Shown here: positions 17,948 to 20,000 of the stretch, in pieces
How positions within the stretch are numbered: position 1 is the stretch's first letter
Layout of the letters: every line of letters starts with the position of its first letter
Sequence record: SRR31156797_961
DNA length: 20,000 nt
Strand: one strand, 5' to 3'
Position numbers and translations under genes: made by a program
Notes under the pieces: generated by a model
What the model was told of the DNA's origin: nothing
Databases searched by the model: none
What the model saw: the letters and a program-made list of their open reading frames with translations, nothing else

Positions 17948-18443
17948 GATTTTCCTGTTTTTTGATGGTAGCTGATAAACCTTCAATAATCCGCCACAGT
18001 GTTTTGCCAATGGATTGCTCTTTTATTCCGGTTGCTTCGGCCATTTCGCGGTATGACAACCCATCCTTGTACATCATGATCAGCAATCGTTTTTTGGGCT
18101 CCAGTCCTGAAATTGCTTGCCTCACCCGATCCCGTTTCTCGTTTTCGATCATTTCGGCTTCCGGGTTGGAACGCTCCACCTTGTCAGCTTCCAAATGTTT
18201 ATTTCTGTCGAGATGAAGCTTGTTTTTCGAAAGTTCGTTCAGGCAAAGGTTTCCGGCTACTTTGTAAAGCCATGCCCTCGGATTTTCGATGGGCTGATTC
18301 TTGTGGTTCTGTCTGTCCAACATTTTTAAGAACGTATCCTGCGCAACATCCAAAGCGGGTTCACGGCTGCCGAGCATCCGGTAGCAGAATTTGTAAATCT
18401 GCTCATAATGTTTTCTGTAAATCGCTTCCAATATTTCGTGCAA
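17940..18443 (-). CDS. ECF RNA polymerase sigma-70 factor
   Basis: Region 2 (DVAQDTFLK...RAWLYKVAGNLCLNELS) and region 4 (GLSYREMAEATGI). TTG start. Confidence 0.93.
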   Translation of the reverse strand: MHEILEAIYRKHYEQIYKFCYRMLGSREPALDVAQDTFLKMLDRQNHKNQPIENPRAWLYKVAGNLCLNELSKNKLHLDRNKHLEADKVERSNPEAEMIENEKRDRVRQAISGLEPKKRLLIMMYKDGLSYREMAEATGIKEQSIGKTLWRIIEGLSATIKKQENHA

Positions 18444-18456
18444 TTGATGTTGCTTT

Positions 18457-18464
18457 CAAAGATA
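18457..18464 (-). promoter_or_regulatory. Bacteroidota -7 element (TATCTTTG) upstream of the ECF sigma gene
   Basis: Exact TAnnTTTG on the minus strand 13 nt upstream of the TTG start. Confidence 0.5.
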
Positions 18465-18572
18465 AGAACAGTTGGGCGATGGGTTTGTGACTAATGAAAT
18501 GGAATTATTTATCTTCATATCTATCGTCTCTAAAAAGTTTAGGTTTAACAACAACACAACAAAATATTGGTG

Positions 18573-18628
18573 ATATTGCGATTGTAATCGCAATATTAAC
18601 GTTATATTTGCGATTATAATCGCAATAT
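18573..18628 (+). promoter_or_regulatory. Promoter (-7 TATATTTG at 18603-18610) overlapped by two palindromes TTGCGATTRTAATCGCAA
   Basis: TTGCGATTGTAATCGCAA at 18576-18593 (extends to 18573-18596) and the perfect palindrome TTGCGATTATAATCGCAA at 18608-18625. Confidence 0.8.
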
Positions 18629-18636
18629 TTACGGAA

Positions 18637-19770
18637 ATGATCAATAGAATTTTAGTACAAAAAATCGAAAATGAAATTTTTAAGGGAAAGGCTGTTATTG
18701 TAATGGGTGCCCGACAGGTTGGTAAAACAACCCTTCTCAGAGAAATATGCAAAGACAAGGAAAGTGTGCTCTGGCTCAATGCCGACGACCCGGATACCTT
18801 GGTACTTTTTGAAAATCCTAGCTCATCAAGGTTAAAAAGCATTATCGGAAAAAATAAAATCTTAGTACTTGATGAAGCACAAAGAATTCATAATATTGGT
18901 ATTAAGCTTAAACTGATTACTGATCAAGTCCAAGGGGTTCAGTTGTTTGCCACGGGTTCTTCTTCGTTTGAACTTACCAATGAAATTAACGAACCCCTCA
19001 CCGGACGAAAATGGGAATTTCAATTGTTCCCGGTTTCTTTTTCTGAAATGGTAAATTATCATGGTTTTTTGGAAGAAACACGCATGATTCCACACCGTCT
19101 GGTATATGGATATTATCCGGAAGTTGTTACCGGCAATGGCAGCGAAATAAAGATTTTGAAAGAAATTTACAACAGTTACCTGTACAAGGATATTTTAAAG
19201 TTTGAAAACATCAAAAAACCTGAGAAGATTATTAAGCTTTTGCAAGCATTGGCTTTTCAGGTTGGCAATGAAGTTTCATACAACGAATTGGCCAGGATGA
19301 TTGGGCTTGACAATCAAACCATCGAAAAATACATTGATGTACTGGAGAAAGCATATATTGTTTTTCGGCTCCCGGCCTTTTCACGCAATGCCCGAAAAGA
19401 AATTGTTAGGGGAAGGAAAGTGTATTTTTATGACAATGGAATCAGAAATTCCATAATTGCCAATTTCAATATCCCCGAATTAAGACAGGACATTGGTGCG
19501 TTATGGGAAAATTTCCTGATCAGCGAACGGATGAAATACCTTCATTATAATGAGAAATGGGCTAATAGCTTTTTTTGGCGAACCCATGATCAGCAAGAGA
19601 TCGACTATATTGAAGAAAGAGACGGGAAATTGTTTGCTTATGAGTTTAAATGGAATCCAAAAAAAAAGGCTAAACTCCCATTAACCTTTGCCCGAGCTTA
19701 TCCCGAGCATGAATTTAAAATAATCAACAAGGATAATTTTGAGGAGTTTATTTATGAATCCCTCAACTAA
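18637..19770 (+). CDS. AAA_14 ATPase with DUF4143 (HTH plus PD-(D/E)XK-like C-terminus)
   Basis: Walker A GARQVGKT, Walker B LVLDEAQ, TGSSS, LTGR, GYYPE, HTH VSYNELARMIGLDNQTIEKYIDVL, GALWENF, EIDYI...EFKW. Confidence 0.93.
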   Translation: MINRILVQKIENEIFKGKAVIVMGARQVGKTTLLREICKDKESVLWLNADDPDTLVLFENPSSSRLKSIIGKNKILVLDEAQRIHNIGIKLKLITDQVQGVQLFATGSSSFELTNEINEPLTGRKWEFQLFPVSFSEMVNYHGFLEETRMIPHRLVYGYYPEVVTGNGSEIKILKEIYNSYLYKDILKFENIKKPEKIIKLLQALAFQVGNEVSYNELARMIGLDNQTIEKYIDVLEKAYIVFRLPAFSRNARKEIVRGRKVYFYDNGIRNSIIANFNIPELRQDIGALWENFLISERMKYLHYNEKWANSFFWRTHDQQEIDYIEERDGKLFAYEFKWNPKKKAKLPLTFARAYPEHEFKIINKDNFEEFIYESLN

Positions 19771-19800
19771 AAACGAAAAGCCTGTTTACTGCACAAAAAG

Positions 19801-19836
19801 AAAAGTCAGCCCCTCGTGAAGCTGCCTTTTTATTTT
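19801..19836 (+). terminator. Possible intrinsic terminator after the AAA gene
   Basis: AAAAGtCAGC-ccctcgtgaa-GCTGcCTTTT-TATTTT; imperfect stem. Confidence 0.45.
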
Positions 19837-20000
19837 GGAAATTCCGGAATGGAATTATTTTGCCAGATTGTGTTTTGCAACGAATTCATCAATGATGCCT
19901 TCGAGGTTTGGGAAGCAGGGTTGAAATAATTAGAGCTTGCTTAAAAAGCCTTAATCTATTGAATACTTATAAGTTAATTCAATAATGTCTTATTTCTTGT

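Noticed and set aside
18456-18842. 128-aa minus-strand ORF
   Set aside because: It is antisense to the AAA gene and runs through the palindromic promoter region.

Overview
20-kb chromosomal window from a Bacteroidota bacterium, probably an anaerobic Bacteroidales-type organism (T9SS C-terminal sorting domains, TAnnTTTG promoters, DUF4249, DUF1573). It contains the 3' end of an OmpA-domain gene, an unlisted 51-aa Lys-rich ORF, a lipoprotein, a cupin, two tandem T9SS cargo genes (a beta-propeller and a gingipain-like C25 peptidase), two VOC proteins, an ScpB-like crotonase, YihY, a DUF4249 lipoprotein, a DUF1573 protein, a YfcC-family transporter, an ECF sigma/anti-sigma/beta-propeller operon and an AAA_14-DUF4143 ATPase. 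Main finding: the DUF1573 gene (13527..14087) has an in-frame TGA exactly at the first Cys of the family motif S-C-G-C-T. The frame stays open and family-like for 76 more codons to a TAA followed by a terminator, which suggests an exported selenoprotein with a U-G-C motif. Second finding: two tandem 18-bp palindromes, 32 bp apart, cover the promoter of the AAA/HTH/nuclease-like gene and are a likely operator pair. Also noted are a multi-stem RNA-structure candidate upstream of the cupin gene and a 9-nt-period repeat tract upstream of yfcC. All family assignments are by motif recognition; no searches were run.
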